Positions 49,835 through 60,612 of a stretch of 64,000 bases of DNA are shown here, in pieces (positions within the stretch are counted from its first letter, which is position 1; each line of letters begins with the position of its first letter). The position numbers and the translations under genes are program-made. Source of the DNA: Flocculibacter collagenilyticus (GTDB lineage Bacteria > Pseudomonadota > Gammaproteobacteria > Enterobacterales > Alteromonadaceae); assembly GCF_016469335.1 (NCBI RefSeq), contig NZ_CP059888.1, positions 3,235,899-3,299,898 of the forward strand, given 5' to 3'. The notes under the pieces are model-generated. The model made no database searches and was not told the origin of the DNA. It saw only the letters and a program-made list of their open reading frames with translations.

Positions 49835-51184
49835 ATGACAACACATTACGATTACATCGCCATTGGTGGAGGAAGCGGAGGAATTGCCTCTGCAAATCGC
49901 GCAAGCCGCTATGGCAAAAAATGCGCTATTGTTGAAGCTCGCCATTTAGGTGGCACCTGCGTAAACGTTGGTTGCGTGCCTAAAAAGGCCATGTGGTTTG
50001 CAGGGCAAATAGCCGACGCGGTGAAATATGCGCCTGATTATGGCTTTGACTTAACCCAAAACAACTTTAACTGGCGGACTTTAGTAGAAAGCCGTGAAGC
50101 ATACATTGATCGAATTCATAAATCCTACGACAATGTATTAGATAAAAACGGCGTCGATGTCATTAACGGTTTCGCCAAATTTATTGATAAAAACACCATT
50201 GATGTTGATGGTAAGACCTACACAGCGGATCACATTTTAATTGCAACCGGTGGCAGGCCTATTATCCCCAACATTCCAGGCGCGGAACATGGTATCGATT
50301 CAGACGGCTTTTTTGAATTAGAAGAGCAGCCGAAACGTACAGCGGTGATTGGCGCAGGCTATATTGCGGTTGAACTTGCGGGAGTATTTCATGCCCTAGG
50401 CACAGAAACCCATCTCGCGGTGCGCAAACACAAGCCATTACGCGGCTTTGATGACATGCTGTCTGACACCTTAGTTGAAGTTATGGAGCAAGACGGCCCT
50501 ACACTTCATACACACAGCACACCACAATCACTTGAAAAACATCCAGACGGTTCAATTACTATTCACCTTGAAGAAGGTAAAAGCATTGGCCCGGTAGACT
50601 GCGTAGTATGGGCAATAGGCCGCGAACCAGCCACCGACAATCTTCAACTAGAAAATGTAGGCATTAAATTAGATGACGATGGCTACATTCCTACCGATAA
50701 GTACCAAAACACCCGCGTGGATAATGTTTACGCAGTTGGCGACAACACAGGCCGTGCACAACTTACTCCTGTAGCTGTAGCAGCTGGCCGCAGATTATCA
50801 GAACGATTATTTAATAATAAACCTGATGAGCATTTAGACTATAACAACATTGCTACCGTGGTATTCAGCCACCCGCCTATTGGCACAGTGGGTTTAACTG
50901 AAGAAGAAGCCAAGCAGGAATACGGCGAAGAAAACGTAAAAGTCTACAAGTCGCAATTTACTGCTATGTACCAAGCCATGACTCAACACCGCCAACCAAC
51001 CCGAATGAAGTTAGTTTGCATTGGAGAAGAAGAAAAAGTTGTGGGTATTCACGGCATCGGTTTTACCATGGACGAGATTATTCAAGGATTTTCAGTAGCA
51101 CTAAAAATGGGAGCGACAAAAGCAGACTTAGATAGCACCGTTGCGATCCATCCTACGTCAGCAGAAGAGTTTGTTACGATGTAA
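49835..51184 (+). CDS. gor: glutathione-disulfide reductase
   Basis: [23 protein letters not shown]...[13 protein letters not shown] near-identical pattern to E. coli Gor; aggag RBS before ATG 49835 (track start 49820 is TTG). Confidence 0.95.
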   Translation: MTTHYDYIAIGGGSGGIASANRASRYGKKCAIVEARHLGGTCVNVGCVPKKAMWFAGQIADAVKYAPDYGFDLTQNNFNWRTLVESREAYIDRIHKSYDNVLDKNGVDVINGFAKFIDKNTIDVDGKTYTADHILIATGGRPIIPNIPGAEHGIDSDGFFELEEQPKRTAVIGAGYIAVELAGVFHALGTETHLAVRKHKPLRGFDDMLSDTLVEVMEQDGPTLHTHSTPQSLEKHPDGSITIHLEEGKSIGPVDCVVWAIGREPATDNLQLENVGIKLDDDGYIPTDKYQNTRVDNVYAVGDNTGRAQLTPVAVAAGRRLSERLFNNKPDEHLDYNNIATVVFSHPPIGTVGLTEEEAKQEYGEENVKVYKSQFTAMYQAMTQHRQPTRMKLVCIGEEEKVVGIHGIGFTMDEIIQGFSVALKMGATKADLDSTVAIHPTSAEEFVTM

Positions 51185-51211
51185 TTATTCTCCAAACTAC
51201 TACTCTCAAAA

Positions 51212-51240
51212 ATATGAGCCATTCAGTTAATGGCTCATAT
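51212..51240. terminator. bidirectional terminator between gor and the M35 peptidase gene
   Basis: atgagccatt-cagtt-aatggctcat 10-bp stem; T-run on the minus side (ttttgagag). Confidence 0.55.
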
Positions 51241-51260
51241 ATCATTCTAAGTTACCTACA

Positions 51261-52355
51261 TTAATTCTGATAAGGCGTGTTCTCAGCAAAATATTCGTGG
51301 CTATCTGCGTTTTGAACTGCTTGGTTAGGGTTTGAGTTCGCTAAATTTTGCGCTCCTGTTTGACCGTAAACAATATCATCCGTACCCGCAACTACGTTAA
51401 AGTGGCTGAGCTCGTGAATAATAGTGCCTGCCTTTGAGTCTGTGCCCGTGGTTGGCGCATTCCAAAATGCACGACAAAGGTACACTTTGTACGGCTGGCT
51501 AGGATAAACGTATGCGTAGTAGCTTTGATTACAGCTGCAATCAAATGTTTTAGGTTTATTGTCTAACGCGTCTTTAACCGCATCAAAATTACTTGCTACT
51601 GTGTTCCAGCGTGATGATGAGTAGCTGCCAAACCAAGTATCATAACGTGGTCCTGCCGAACCATTTAAATAACTAACCGAATCGTTCGCCATCGTTTTCG
51701 CGCTAGAAAGTGCGCTCATAATTGAGTTTTGCTCAGAGTTACTACATGCACCAGTAAACGATACATCATCTGTACCGCCACCACCGCTACAATCTTCTTT
51801 TCTAGGGTTGCAACGTTTTGCAGTGCGCATTTTATCAACATAAATTGTTACCGCACTATTTGATTTTAGCTGTGTAAATGCAGTGTTTGAATCAGCTTTT
51901 TGAATAGCCATAGAAGGCGAAAACAAGTTATAGCTGCGTACATTTAATACCACTTCGTACTGCCCTTGCTCAGTAAAATCATACACGCCTGAAAGCTCCA
52001 CACGGTAATGGCGCATTTCATTCTTTTTGAAGATCACATAATCACCATCAGTAGGCGCTGGGCGCTTATAATGACGACCAAGATAATCAACAGGCTTGCC
52101 ATTTAAAGTCACTTTGAATAAGTCATCTTCAATTTCGCCCATGTCATCCGGCAAAAACCATTTAAGTACTTTTACGCTGCCGCCTGTACGGTTTTTAACT
52201 TTCACATCAACATAGATATTTTGATCATTGCCTAATGTTTGATGGTGTGGTTTAAGCGTAACTTCAATACCTGAATGAACTTTAGCAAACACGCTTGTAG
52301 ATAATAGAAGTGATACTGCAACCCCAAACAGGGCGAGTGTTTTTATTATTTTCAT
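51261..52355 (-). CDS. secreted M35-family aspzincin metalloendopeptidase (peptidyl-Lys type)
   Basis: Signal peptide MKIIKTLALFGVAVSLLLSTSVFA; HELSHF...GTDDIVYG aspzincin signature (HExxH + GTxDxxYG). Confidence 0.7.
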   Translation of the reverse strand: MKIIKTLALFGVAVSLLLSTSVFAKVHSGIEVTLKPHHQTLGNDQNIYVDVKVKNRTGGSVKVLKWFLPDDMGEIEDDLFKVTLNGKPVDYLGRHYKRPAPTDGDYVIFKKNEMRHYRVELSGVYDFTEQGQYEVVLNVRSYNLFSPSMAIQKADSNTAFTQLKSNSAVTIYVDKMRTAKRCNPRKEDCSGGGGTDDVSFTGACSNSEQNSIMSALSSAKTMANDSVSYLNGSAGPRYDTWFGSYSSSRWNTVASNFDAVKDALDNKPKTFDCSCNQSYYAYVYPSQPYKVYLCRAFWNAPTTGTDSKAGTIIHELSHFNVVAGTDDIVYGQTGAQNLANSNPNQAVQNADSHEYFAENTPYQN

Positions 52356-52750
52356 CGAACTTCCTTCGCTTCATTTATTTTATTGTTATGTTTTTTGGTT
52401 TTGTTTTTTGTATGAAATTAGTGACATAAATTTCCCTGCCTGTTGTCACGTACAACATGCACACCAATTGAGCAACAAATGAATTCAAACTATGACAAAC
52501 TTATGACACGAAAATAAGCGTGGTATATAAAGTTTATTTGCGCAAGAAATATACAAAACATTTCAGAGAGTTACCTAATATTAGGTACAGCATTTTAATT
52601 TTCATAACTAGGGGATTATTACGACATTAAGATAGATTATGAGTGGAAGCCCCACGGCTTCTCCCTAAACCGCATACAAATATCGATGCAGTTAGGGGAA
52701 GTGACACACCACTCAACAAATCAATCGGTCTACAGCCTTACAGTGATGTG

Positions 52751-53671
52751 TTAAATAAATGTCGAGGGAACATTTTCACAGGTTGGCTTAAAGTTTTTAT
52801 CTAAAAACTCAATAACTTGTGCGTGATAGTCGCTTTGAGGCTGAAAGTGATTACCATTTGGCACTATTATGTGTTGATAAGGATGTTGAAACTCTTTATT
52901 TTTAAGTCGACGCGTTACTTCATTAGACATTTCAGCAGAAGGCCAAACATGATCTTTTTCGCCAGAAATGAGTAATATCGGACCATTAATATTTTCTACC
53001 GCTATTTCAGCTGCTTTTAACGCCTTCTTATCTTCCATTGCTATTTCAAATCCTTTTCTAAAATTACCAGTGAAGAAATGAGGCAGCGCCTTATAAGGAA
53101 TGGTGATAAACGGAATGGGTGAATCATTATATTGAAAAGAGGCCGTTCTGCCGTCAGAGGCAATCGAAATAGCATTAAATGAAACATGACTTCCAGCTAA
53201 AGATACTACTGCATTAATGTCTGAATATTTAGATGCAAGCACAAGTGCTAGCTCGGCACCTTTAGAGCCACCAATTACCGCCACACAACTAGCATCAATA
53301 CTATCATCGTTTTGTGCACGTTTTATTTCGTCATGAATTGCGTTAAGCGAAATCCTATCTAAGTCTTTAGGGATACCTTTCATTCCAAAATAGCCGATTG
53401 CAAGCATTGCATATCCACTGTTAATGTATTGTTCCCGCTCGGCAATATTATGCTCTTTAGTCATACTGTTACCGCCCTCACTCCCACCAAAGTAAACCAA
53501 TAAAGGTTGCTTTTTACCTTTTTCAGTAAAAAGCTCAGCATGCACTTTACCGTAATGCTCGGGCACAATATCTGGATCAAACATTTTCTGAGAAACAAGT
53601 ACGTAGAAAATGATTAACAAGATGGATGTAACAGCTAATAAAAATAAATATTTTAAAACGTTGATAAGCAC
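52751..53671 (-). CDS. alpha/beta hydrolase (BAAT/acyl-CoA thioester hydrolase C-domain-like), membrane-anchored
   Basis: N-terminal TM; VIGGSKGAELAL nucleophile-elbow region; GTG start with ggag SD at 53669-53681. Confidence 0.55.
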   Translation of the reverse strand: MLINVLKYLFLLAVTSILLIIFYVLVSQKMFDPDIVPEHYGKVHAELFTEKGKKQPLLVYFGGSEGGNSMTKEHNIAEREQYINSGYAMLAIGYFGMKGIPKDLDRISLNAIHDEIKRAQNDDSIDASCVAVIGGSKGAELALVLASKYSDINAVVSLAGSHVSFNAISIASDGRTASFQYNDSPIPFITIPYKALPHFFTGNFRKGFEIAMEDKKALKAAEIAVENINGPILLISGEKDHVWPSAEMSNEVTRRLKNKEFQHPYQHIIVPNGNHFQPQSDYHAQVIEFLDKNFKPTCENVPSTFI

Positions 53672-54247
53672 TTAACTCTCCTTGTTTATACCTAATATAA
53701 ATTTAATATTTTTTTGTTGAACACAAAAGGTAGCTACTATTATGCGGTTTAACATGATGAAGTGAAGAGCTAAAGATTAGTATTTTGTTAAATTTTTTTG
53801 ATAATATTTCAGGCGTTTACAAATTCCCATAATAATCGCTCATTTTTCTGTACCTTCTGTAGTGGCGTAAGTCTGTTAAGTGAAGCGCCACCCGGCAAAT
53901 TAATCCGATGTACGGCCGTGAGAAACAAGTACGTAGAAAATGATCAACAAGATGGATGTAACAGCTAATAAAAATAAATATTTTAAAACGCTGATAAGCA
54001 CTTAACTCTCCTTGTTTATACCTAATATAAATTTAATATTTTTTGTTAAACACAAAAGGTAGCTACTATTATGCGGTTTAACATGATGAAGTGAAGAGCT
54101 AAAGAGTCGTATTTTGTTAAATTTTTTTGTTAATATTTCAGGCGTTTACAAATTCCCGTACTAATCGCTCATTTTTCTGTACTTTCTGTAGTGGCGTAGG
54201 TCGGTTAAGCGAAGCGCCACCCGACAAATTAATCCGACTTATGATCG
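53589..54247. repeat. tandem direct duplication, 2 x about 330 bp (about 95% identical), duplicating promoter, SD, GTG start and first approx 27 codons of the hydrolase gene
   Basis: 53589-53918 vs 53919-54247 aligned by eye: gagaaacaagtacgtagaaaatgat[t/c]aacaagatggatgtaacagctaataaaaataaatatt... through ...gcgccacccg[g/a]caaattaatccga. Confidence 0.8.
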
Positions 54248-54660
54248 TAGTTATTGAATTTCTCAGGGTGATGTTTAATAAACTTTTGAGCTGGTAGATA
54301 ATTTAGATTTGCTGCCTCCCTAATTAGGGGAGCCCCTTTCTGCCAATTATCTTCAAATCTAACATGATACGCACCCAATGAATATAGGCAATCGGGGTCG
54401 CCTAATTCAGCACATAAAGCAAGCCATTTATTTCTCTCTTGAATATCATTTTTCCAAAATTCATAGTACATTCTGAGCTTTTTGATAGATTCTACATTTC
54501 CTTCATTAGCCTTTGTATAGCTCGACCAATATTGAAAAGTGTTGAGGTAGCTTCTAGAACTACCTACACCAATATGGCCATAAAAGAGCCCCTTTCCTAA
54601 ATCAAAAATTAAGAATAAAAGCGAGATACTAATTAGTAAGAGCACGTGTTTTTTGTTCAT
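54229..54660 (-). CDS. hypothetical small secreted/membrane protein
   Basis: 143 aa; N-terminal hydrophobic segment; embedded among repeats. Confidence 0.35.
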   Translation of the reverse strand: MNKKHVLLLISISLLFLIFDLGKGLFYGHIGVGSSRSYLNTFQYWSSYTKANEGNVESIKKLRMYYEFWKNDIQERNKWLALCAELGDPDCLYSLGAYHVRFEDNWQKGAPLIREAANLNYLPAQKFIKHHPEKFNNYDHKSD

Positions 54661-54680
54661 TTCTTTAATTACCTGTTGGT

Positions 54681-54950
54681 GTATTAGCGCTGTAAGTCAG
54701 TTAAACGAAGCATTACCCGACATTAATCCGAATCCAACAGCTGAGCTTCAATTCCCCAAAGTTAAACATAAAAAACGCCTCACCGAAGTGAAGCGTTTAA
54801 AATCAGAGTTTTATTTGTTCAACCCAAATTGCTTAACTGCCCGTAACCTTAACGTCGGAAGGCGCCTGCTGCTTTTCCAACCTACAACCACTTTTGCGCA
54901 GTTCGGTTAAGCGCAGCGTCACCCGATAAGTCAACCTAACGTATGGCTGT
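54681..54950. repeat. about 270-bp repeat element, copy A (REP-like ends plus internal terminator hairpin)
   Basis: About 85% identical by eye to 55700-55975; contains aaacgcctcac-cgaag-tgaagcgttt hairpin (minus-strand terminator-like, T6 on minus side). Confidence 0.65.
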
Positions 54951-54963
54951 GACTGTACTTTAC

Positions 54964-55443
54964 CTAAAGCATTCTCAGTCTTCTTAGATAATTGTAAAAT
55001 AAAATAACTGGTGTAATAACCAATATGGATATAACCAAATAATTAGACTCAACATATAGCTCAAAAGCCACTATTGCCATACTGATACTGGAATACAAAG
55101 CTATATATTTAAATCTTTTCGGAAGTAAGATAGCTGTGTATAAATATAAAAACATTGATAATAGTAAAGCGCCATTCAAAAATCTCCCTTTACTACTTCT
55201 TTCCTCGATCATTTTACGTATTTTTCTATCCAGTTGAGCACTAGTTCGAGTACTCATTTCTTCCATTTCCTTGATACTCAAAACATCTGGCATAGCTTCA
55301 AAGTGAACAGAGTGAACCTGATGTACATTTTCTCCGATACTATTTGTAATGAACCAAAATCTATTTCCAATAATATTGAATACTAGATAACTTATTAAGA
55401 AAATAATAAAAACTGCCTTTAATCTCATATTGTTAACATCCAA
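54964..55443 (-). CDS. hypothetical membrane protein
   Basis: 159 aa; several hydrophobic segments. Confidence 0.35.
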   Translation of the reverse strand: MDVNNMRLKAVFIIFLISYLVFNIIGNRFWFITNSIGENVHQVHSVHFEAMPDVLSIKEMEEMSTRTSAQLDRKIRKMIEERSSKGRFLNGALLLSMFLYLYTAILLPKRFKYIALYSSISMAIVAFELYVESNYLVISILVITPVILFYNYLRRLRML

Positions 55444-55699
55444 ATTTAACGTACGAGGATTTTAAAAAAATACTTACCCCTATGTTTATTACTAATGAAA
55501 TTTTAGAGTCAATTTTTTCATATCACACTGGTAAAGTGAATGCGTCCATAATCACTCACTTCTTTAAGGACTCTCTCCAGCCAGCAAAACTGGCTCGAAT
55601 AAAGCATCGTCATCCGACAAATCAATCCGATGAAAAGCAACTAAAACCCAACCTAAGCTGACTGACCCATCGACTTTTATTTTAATATGCTATTTAACC

Positions 55700-55975
55700 T
55701 AGCACTGTAAGTCAGTTAAACGAAGCACTACCCGACATTAATCCGAATACAACAGTTGGATTTCAATCCCTCAATGTTAAACACAAAAACGCCTCACCTA
55801 AGTGAAGCGTTTAAAATCATAGCTTGGTTCGCATAAACCAAATTGGTTAACTGCCCGTAATCTTAACGTCGAAAGGCGCCTACGGCTTTTCCAACCTACA
55901 ACAGATTTAAAGTTAGGTGTAGGCCGGACAAGCGCAGCGCCGTCCTACGCTTTAATTACCAAGTACCCGCGTTCC
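55700..55975. repeat. about 270-bp repeat element, copy B, ending in REP-like palindrome gtaggccggacaagcgcagcgccgtcctac
   Basis: Collinear with copy A, including the terminator-like hairpin (about 55780-55812). Confidence 0.65.
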
Positions 55976-55979
55976 AACT

Positions 55980-57437
55980 TTAAACCCCACCCATACAGAT
56001 ATATTTAATATCGACATATTCATCAATACCGTATTTAGAGCCTTCGCGGCCTAGGCCTGACTCTTTTACGCCGCCAAACGGAATCAACTCGCTGGTAATT
56101 GAAACTTCATTAACGCCGACCATGCCGTATTCAATGGCTTCGCTCACGCGCCATGCTCTGCCTAAGTTTTGGGTGTAAATATATGCGGCAAGGCCGTAGT
56201 TGGTATCGTTTGCCATTTCGATTGCTTCTTCTTCTGTTGAAAACTTTACGACGGGGGATACAGGACCAAATATTTCTTCACTTAAAATGTTCATGTTTTT
56301 AGTTACGTTTCCTAGCACTGTAGGTTGAAAGTAACATTCTCCTTGATTTGAGCGCTCACCTCCCGCTAACACTTGCGCCCCCTCTTCAACAGCTTCATTA
56401 ACCAGTTTTTCTACTTTTAGTACGGCATCGATGTTTATTAGCGGGCCGATATCAACATTATCTGCAAAGCCATTATCTACCTTCATGCTGGCGACTTTTT
56501 CAGTTAGTTTTTTAGTAAATTCATCATAAATTTCGTCTTGTACCAGCATGCGGTTTACGCAAATGCAGGTTTGTCCTGCATTGCGATAGCGTGAGGCAAC
56601 TGCGCCCTCTACTGCACTATCTAGATCAGCATCCGCAAATACAACCAGTGGTGCATTACCGCCTAACTCCATCGATGCTTTTTTGACCGTGTCAGCCGAC
56701 TGTTTTAGTAGGGTTTTACCTATTGCAGTTGAGCCCGTAAAGGTGATTTTTTTAACTCGGGTGTCTGAAGTAAACACGTCACCGATGGTTTTTGAGTCGT
56801 CACTAATAATTAAATTAAGTACGCCTTTAGGTATGCCTGCGCGTTCAGCCAGTACAGCAAGGGCAATGGCCGACAGTGGCGTTTCTGACGCTGGCTTCAT
56901 AACAAAGGTACAACCGGCAGCTAACGCAGGGCCTGCTTTTCTAGTTAGCATGGCTGAAGGAAAATTCCACGGCGTTATGGCAGCCACTACCCCAACAGCT
57001 TGCTTGATGGTGACTAGGCGATGGGATGGGCTATTGGTGGGAGTAATGTCGCCATAAACACGCTTTCCCTCTTCGGCAAACCACTCTATAAAACTTGCCC
57101 CATATGCAATTTCTCCTCGTGCCTCTTCCAAGGGCTTGCCCTGCTCCGCGGTCATAATACGCGCTAAGTCTTCTTGGTTTTCCATAATTAATTCAAACCA
57201 TTTTCGTAATATACTGCTTCGCTCTTTTGCCGTTTTATGTTGCCATGCTGGTAATGCGTCAGTTGCCGCGGCGATGGCCTGTTTAGCGTGTTCTTCACCG
57301 GCATTGGCAACGGTTGCAATAACATCGCCTGTTGCTGGATTCAGTACGTTGAATGGCGTTAACGACGTATTTTGCCACTCACCATTGATATACAACTTAT
57401 CGTTTAACAAAGAATTATCAGACAAATTTAACGACAT
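55980..57437 (-). CDS. gabD: NAD(P)-dependent succinate-semialdehyde dehydrogenase
   Basis: 485 aa aldehyde dehydrogenase; GabD-like N-terminus (LYINGEWQ...LNPATGDVIATVA); catalytic Cys region GQTCICVNRMLV. Confidence 0.9.
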   Translation of the reverse strand: MSLNLSDNSLLNDKLYINGEWQNTSLTPFNVLNPATGDVIATVANAGEEHAKQAIAAATDALPAWQHKTAKERSSILRKWFELIMENQEDLARIMTAEQGKPLEEARGEIAYGASFIEWFAEEGKRVYGDITPTNSPSHRLVTIKQAVGVVAAITPWNFPSAMLTRKAGPALAAGCTFVMKPASETPLSAIALAVLAERAGIPKGVLNLIISDDSKTIGDVFTSDTRVKKITFTGSTAIGKTLLKQSADTVKKASMELGGNAPLVVFADADLDSAVEGAVASRYRNAGQTCICVNRMLVQDEIYDEFTKKLTEKVASMKVDNGFADNVDIGPLINIDAVLKVEKLVNEAVEEGAQVLAGGERSNQGECYFQPTVLGNVTKNMNILSEEIFGPVSPVVKFSTEEEAIEMANDTNYGLAAYIYTQNLGRAWRVSEAIEYGMVGVNEVSITSELIPFGGVKESGLGREGSKYGIDEYVDIKYICMGGV

Positions 57438-57749
57438 GACGCGCTCCTAGATCGTTGAAAGGAAATTAGCATTTGATACGCACCAAAGTGCAATTAGTAT
57501 CACAAGCGTAGCAGACTTATTTCTTCCTATGCTGATGCATTGAAGAAAAGGCCATTAAGAATGTTAGCTTCTGATTTTATGGGGAAATATTATACTTTAC
57601 TACGTTAGTGGTAATTAAAAAGTCATCAAATTGCGCTATTTTGAATTTCAAGCAGGTTTATTAGCACTAAAGTGTACAAAGCGATGTGCAGCACATATAC
57701 TTGTTCGTTGCAGCTTTATATTGAAAACGTTATTTAATTGGGGAAAACG

Positions 57750-58235
57750 ATGGAATACAACACGTCTGAACTTTGTGATTTATATGCCGATTCTGTCGAC
57801 GTCGTCGAGCCTATGTTTTTAAACTTTGGTGGACGTAATTCATTTGGTGGTAGCATTCATACAATCAAATGCTTTGAAGATTGTGGATTAATTAAGCAGC
57901 ACTTAGCCAACTCTGGTGTTGGTAAAGTATTACTTATTGACGGTGGTGGCTCAACCAGACGTGCATTAATTGATGCAGAAACAGCTGAGCTGGCAGCAGA
58001 GAATGGCTGGGAAGGCATTATTTGTTATGGCAGCGTACGCGATGTAGATGCGCTTGAAGATATTGAATTAGGGATTCAAGCGATGGCTTCTATTCCGGTA
58101 GGCGCTGATGAAGCGGGCACAGGCGAAGCTGATATTCCTGTTAATTTTGGTGGCGTTACTTTCTTACCAGAAGATCACATTTATGCCGACAGCACCGGCG
58201 TGATTTTATCACCAGAAGCGTTAGATTTTGAATAG
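57750..58235 (+). CDS. rraA: ribonuclease E activity regulator RraA
   Basis: [34 protein letters not shown] near-identical pattern to E. coli RraA; ggggaaaa RBS. Confidence 0.9.
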   Translation: MEYNTSELCDLYADSVDVVEPMFLNFGGRNSFGGSIHTIKCFEDCGLIKQHLANSGVGKVLLIDGGGSTRRALIDAETAELAAENGWEGIICYGSVRDVDALEDIELGIQAMASIPVGADEAGTGEADIPVNFGGVTFLPEDHIYADSTGVILSPEALDFE

Positions 58236-58437
58236 ATAGTGCGTTTTTCAACTTATCATTTTTTATAAAAAATTAAAGTTTACAGCTGGCGATATAGTTA
58301 AGGCTTCCTGCTGACGCCACTGTAAATTTTAATCACCTATAATAACAACAAAAATAGCCGCCTGACTTTACCTAAATTTTCACACTTGCGTCATTATAAT
58401 ATTTAACGCGTCTAATCAATTATATGGCATCAATATC

Positions 58438-59619
58438 ATGACTCTTAAACTTATTAGCTACACTCCTTCTGTTACCCATTGTTACGTTAATCAACGCCCG
58501 CATGAAGTACACTTAGGTGAAGTTATGCAACACCTTCCACTTGATACAACGCCTAACAACATAGCCAACGAATTACACAGCGCTAACAGCCTTTCACTGC
58601 CAGATGCATTAAACGAAGCCAAGCTGTTATCTCAAGCACTCGACGCATCAACGTTACTCAGCGGTTTACAACAATGCGCGCAACAAGGTGCAAAGTATGC
58701 GTTATTAGGTATTCCAGAAGATATTGGCCCTAAAGCAAACTTGGGGCGTGGCGGTGCGCACCAAGCATGGCCAGCTTTTCTATCGCGGTTTCTAAATTTA
58801 CAAAGCAATGAGTTTTTAAGAGGCGATGACATCGTTTTACTGGGAGAAGTTGACTGCCACGCACTCACAGCAAAAGCGAATGCATTATCAAATGATAATG
58901 TTGATGATATTGAAGGATTACGCAATTTATGTGCTGCACTTGATGGTTACGTTCACCCCATTATTGAGCAAATTGTTAAGGCTGGCTTAGAGCCTATCGT
59001 TATTGGTGGCGGACACAATAATGCCTATCCAATTTTGAAAGGGGCATCACAGGCATTAGATACGCCACTAGCCGCCGCCAATTTAGATCCGCATTCAGAC
59101 TTCAGGCCTTTAGAGGGTCGCCACAGCGGAAATGGCTTTCACTATGCGCAGCAACAAGGCTATCTCAGTGCTTACTATGTATTAGGATTACATGAATTAA
59201 AAAATTCTCAAGCATGTTTTTCGGCACTTAAAGATAAAGGGTTTAAATACGACAGCTACCAATCACTTTGGCTGCGCCAAGAAAAAACCTTTACCCAAGC
59301 TATCGACGAGGCAACAGACTATCTTTTAAAAGATATTCTGCCATTGGGGATTGAAGTAGACATCGACAGCATTGCATTTATGCCCGTAAGCGCTTACTCA
59401 AACTGTGGTGTTACTATTGCGCACGCTGAGCAATATGTGTACTCGCTAGCATGTCTTCCAGAAGCCACTTATTTACATTTATGCGAAGGGGCTCCAGCGC
59501 AGCATCCTTCAGGCATAGAGCAAGGTAACAGTGACGTTGGACAAGGGTTATCAGCGTTAGTTAACGCTTACCTTCAAGGCAGAATACATTACCAATTAAA
59601 CGAAGCGCAAAAGAGTTAA
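58438..59619 (+). CDS. arginase/ureohydrolase-family protein (formimidoylglutamase-like)
   Basis: VIGGGHNNAYPI, NLDPHSDF and VDIDSIAFMP resemble the three arginase-family motifs with substitutions. Confidence 0.5.
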   Translation: MTLKLISYTPSVTHCYVNQRPHEVHLGEVMQHLPLDTTPNNIANELHSANSLSLPDALNEAKLLSQALDASTLLSGLQQCAQQGAKYALLGIPEDIGPKANLGRGGAHQAWPAFLSRFLNLQSNEFLRGDDIVLLGEVDCHALTAKANALSNDNVDDIEGLRNLCAALDGYVHPIIEQIVKAGLEPIVIGGGHNNAYPILKGASQALDTPLAAANLDPHSDFRPLEGRHSGNGFHYAQQQGYLSAYYVLGLHELKNSQACFSALKDKGFKYDSYQSLWLRQEKTFTQAIDEATDYLLKDILPLGIEVDIDSIAFMPVSAYSNCGVTIAHAEQYVYSLACLPEATYLHLCEGAPAQHPSGIEQGNSDVGQGLSALVNAYLQGRIHYQLNEAQKS

Positions 59620-59695
59620 GCATACCTTAGTGCCAGCATAAGCGTGGCTAATTAACGCTTATGCTGAAAGAGATTTAAGAATAAATAAAAAGGAA

Positions 59696-60373
59696 TTAAT
59701 TGTTTTCCGATGGGGTAACGGTAGGACGAGTTAAACGAGTGGTTTCTTTAACGCGATAAACAGGGTCAACCTGCTCTATGCCTTTTATGGTTACATTTAA
59801 GTCGTTTAGTTTTCCGTTTCTAATTGAATATATTAAACCGTGTATCGACACTTTTTGGCCACGCTGCCAAGCCAGTTGCAACACTTTCGTTTTAGCCAAA
59901 TTTTGCACTTGCTCCATCACGTTAAGCTCACACATTCGGTTTACTTTTTCTTCCGGCGTTGGCATGGCGTCAACTTCACTTTGATTAGCATGATAAGTAT
60001 CTTTGATTTGGCGTAACCAATTATCCACCAGCCCGTGCTCATCATTGCCAATTGCGGCTTGCACGCCACCACAGCCATAATGGCCGCACACAATAATGTG
60101 CTCTACTTTGAGCACTTCAACAGCGTATTGTAAAACCGATAAGCAGTTAAAATCTGTTTGTTGAACCATGTTGGCAATATTTCGGTGAACAAAAAGCTCG
60201 CCTGGCTCTAAACCCACAATGGTGTTAGCGGGTACACGAGAATCTGAACACCCAATCCATAAGTAATCTGGGTTTTGCTGTCCAGCTAAACGTTTAAAAA
60301 AGTCGGGGTCGTCGTGTGTGCATTTATCTATCCATTTTTCATTATTTTGAATAAGTTGATCTAATTCACACAT
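59696..60373 (-). CDS. can: beta-class carbonic anhydrase
   Basis: WIGCSDSRVP and VCGHYGCGG zinc-ligand motifs. Confidence 0.85.
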   Translation of the reverse strand: MCELDQLIQNNEKWIDKCTHDDPDFFKRLAGQQNPDYLWIGCSDSRVPANTIVGLEPGELFVHRNIANMVQQTDFNCLSVLQYAVEVLKVEHIIVCGHYGCGGVQAAIGNDEHGLVDNWLRQIKDTYHANQSEVDAMPTPEEKVNRMCELNVMEQVQNLAKTKVLQLAWQRGQKVSIHGLIYSIRNGKLNDLNVTIKGIEQVDPVYRVKETTRLTRPTVTPSENN

Positions 60374-60612
60374 ATAACATCTCCAGAATGCACGCTATAG
60401 CAGCGTTTAATATAATAACTTTAAAAATATATACCTGCTTAATTGAACACTGATATTCAACTAAGCGGGATATACTTGCGCACTCCTTCGCATATTTACC
60501 TAAATATAACAATCGTTTGCTGGCTTTGCTACACTATTGCTAGTCTATATTTCAACACAAAGCTGGCGGCATTCTAACTAGATTAAAATGCGAGTGACAC
60601 CCGACCAGTCTA

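Noticed and set aside
53589-55975. CRISPR array
   Set aside because: Repeats are about 330-bp tandem units and about 35-bp REP-like palindromes with irregular spacing; no regular repeat-spacer periodicity and no cas genes.
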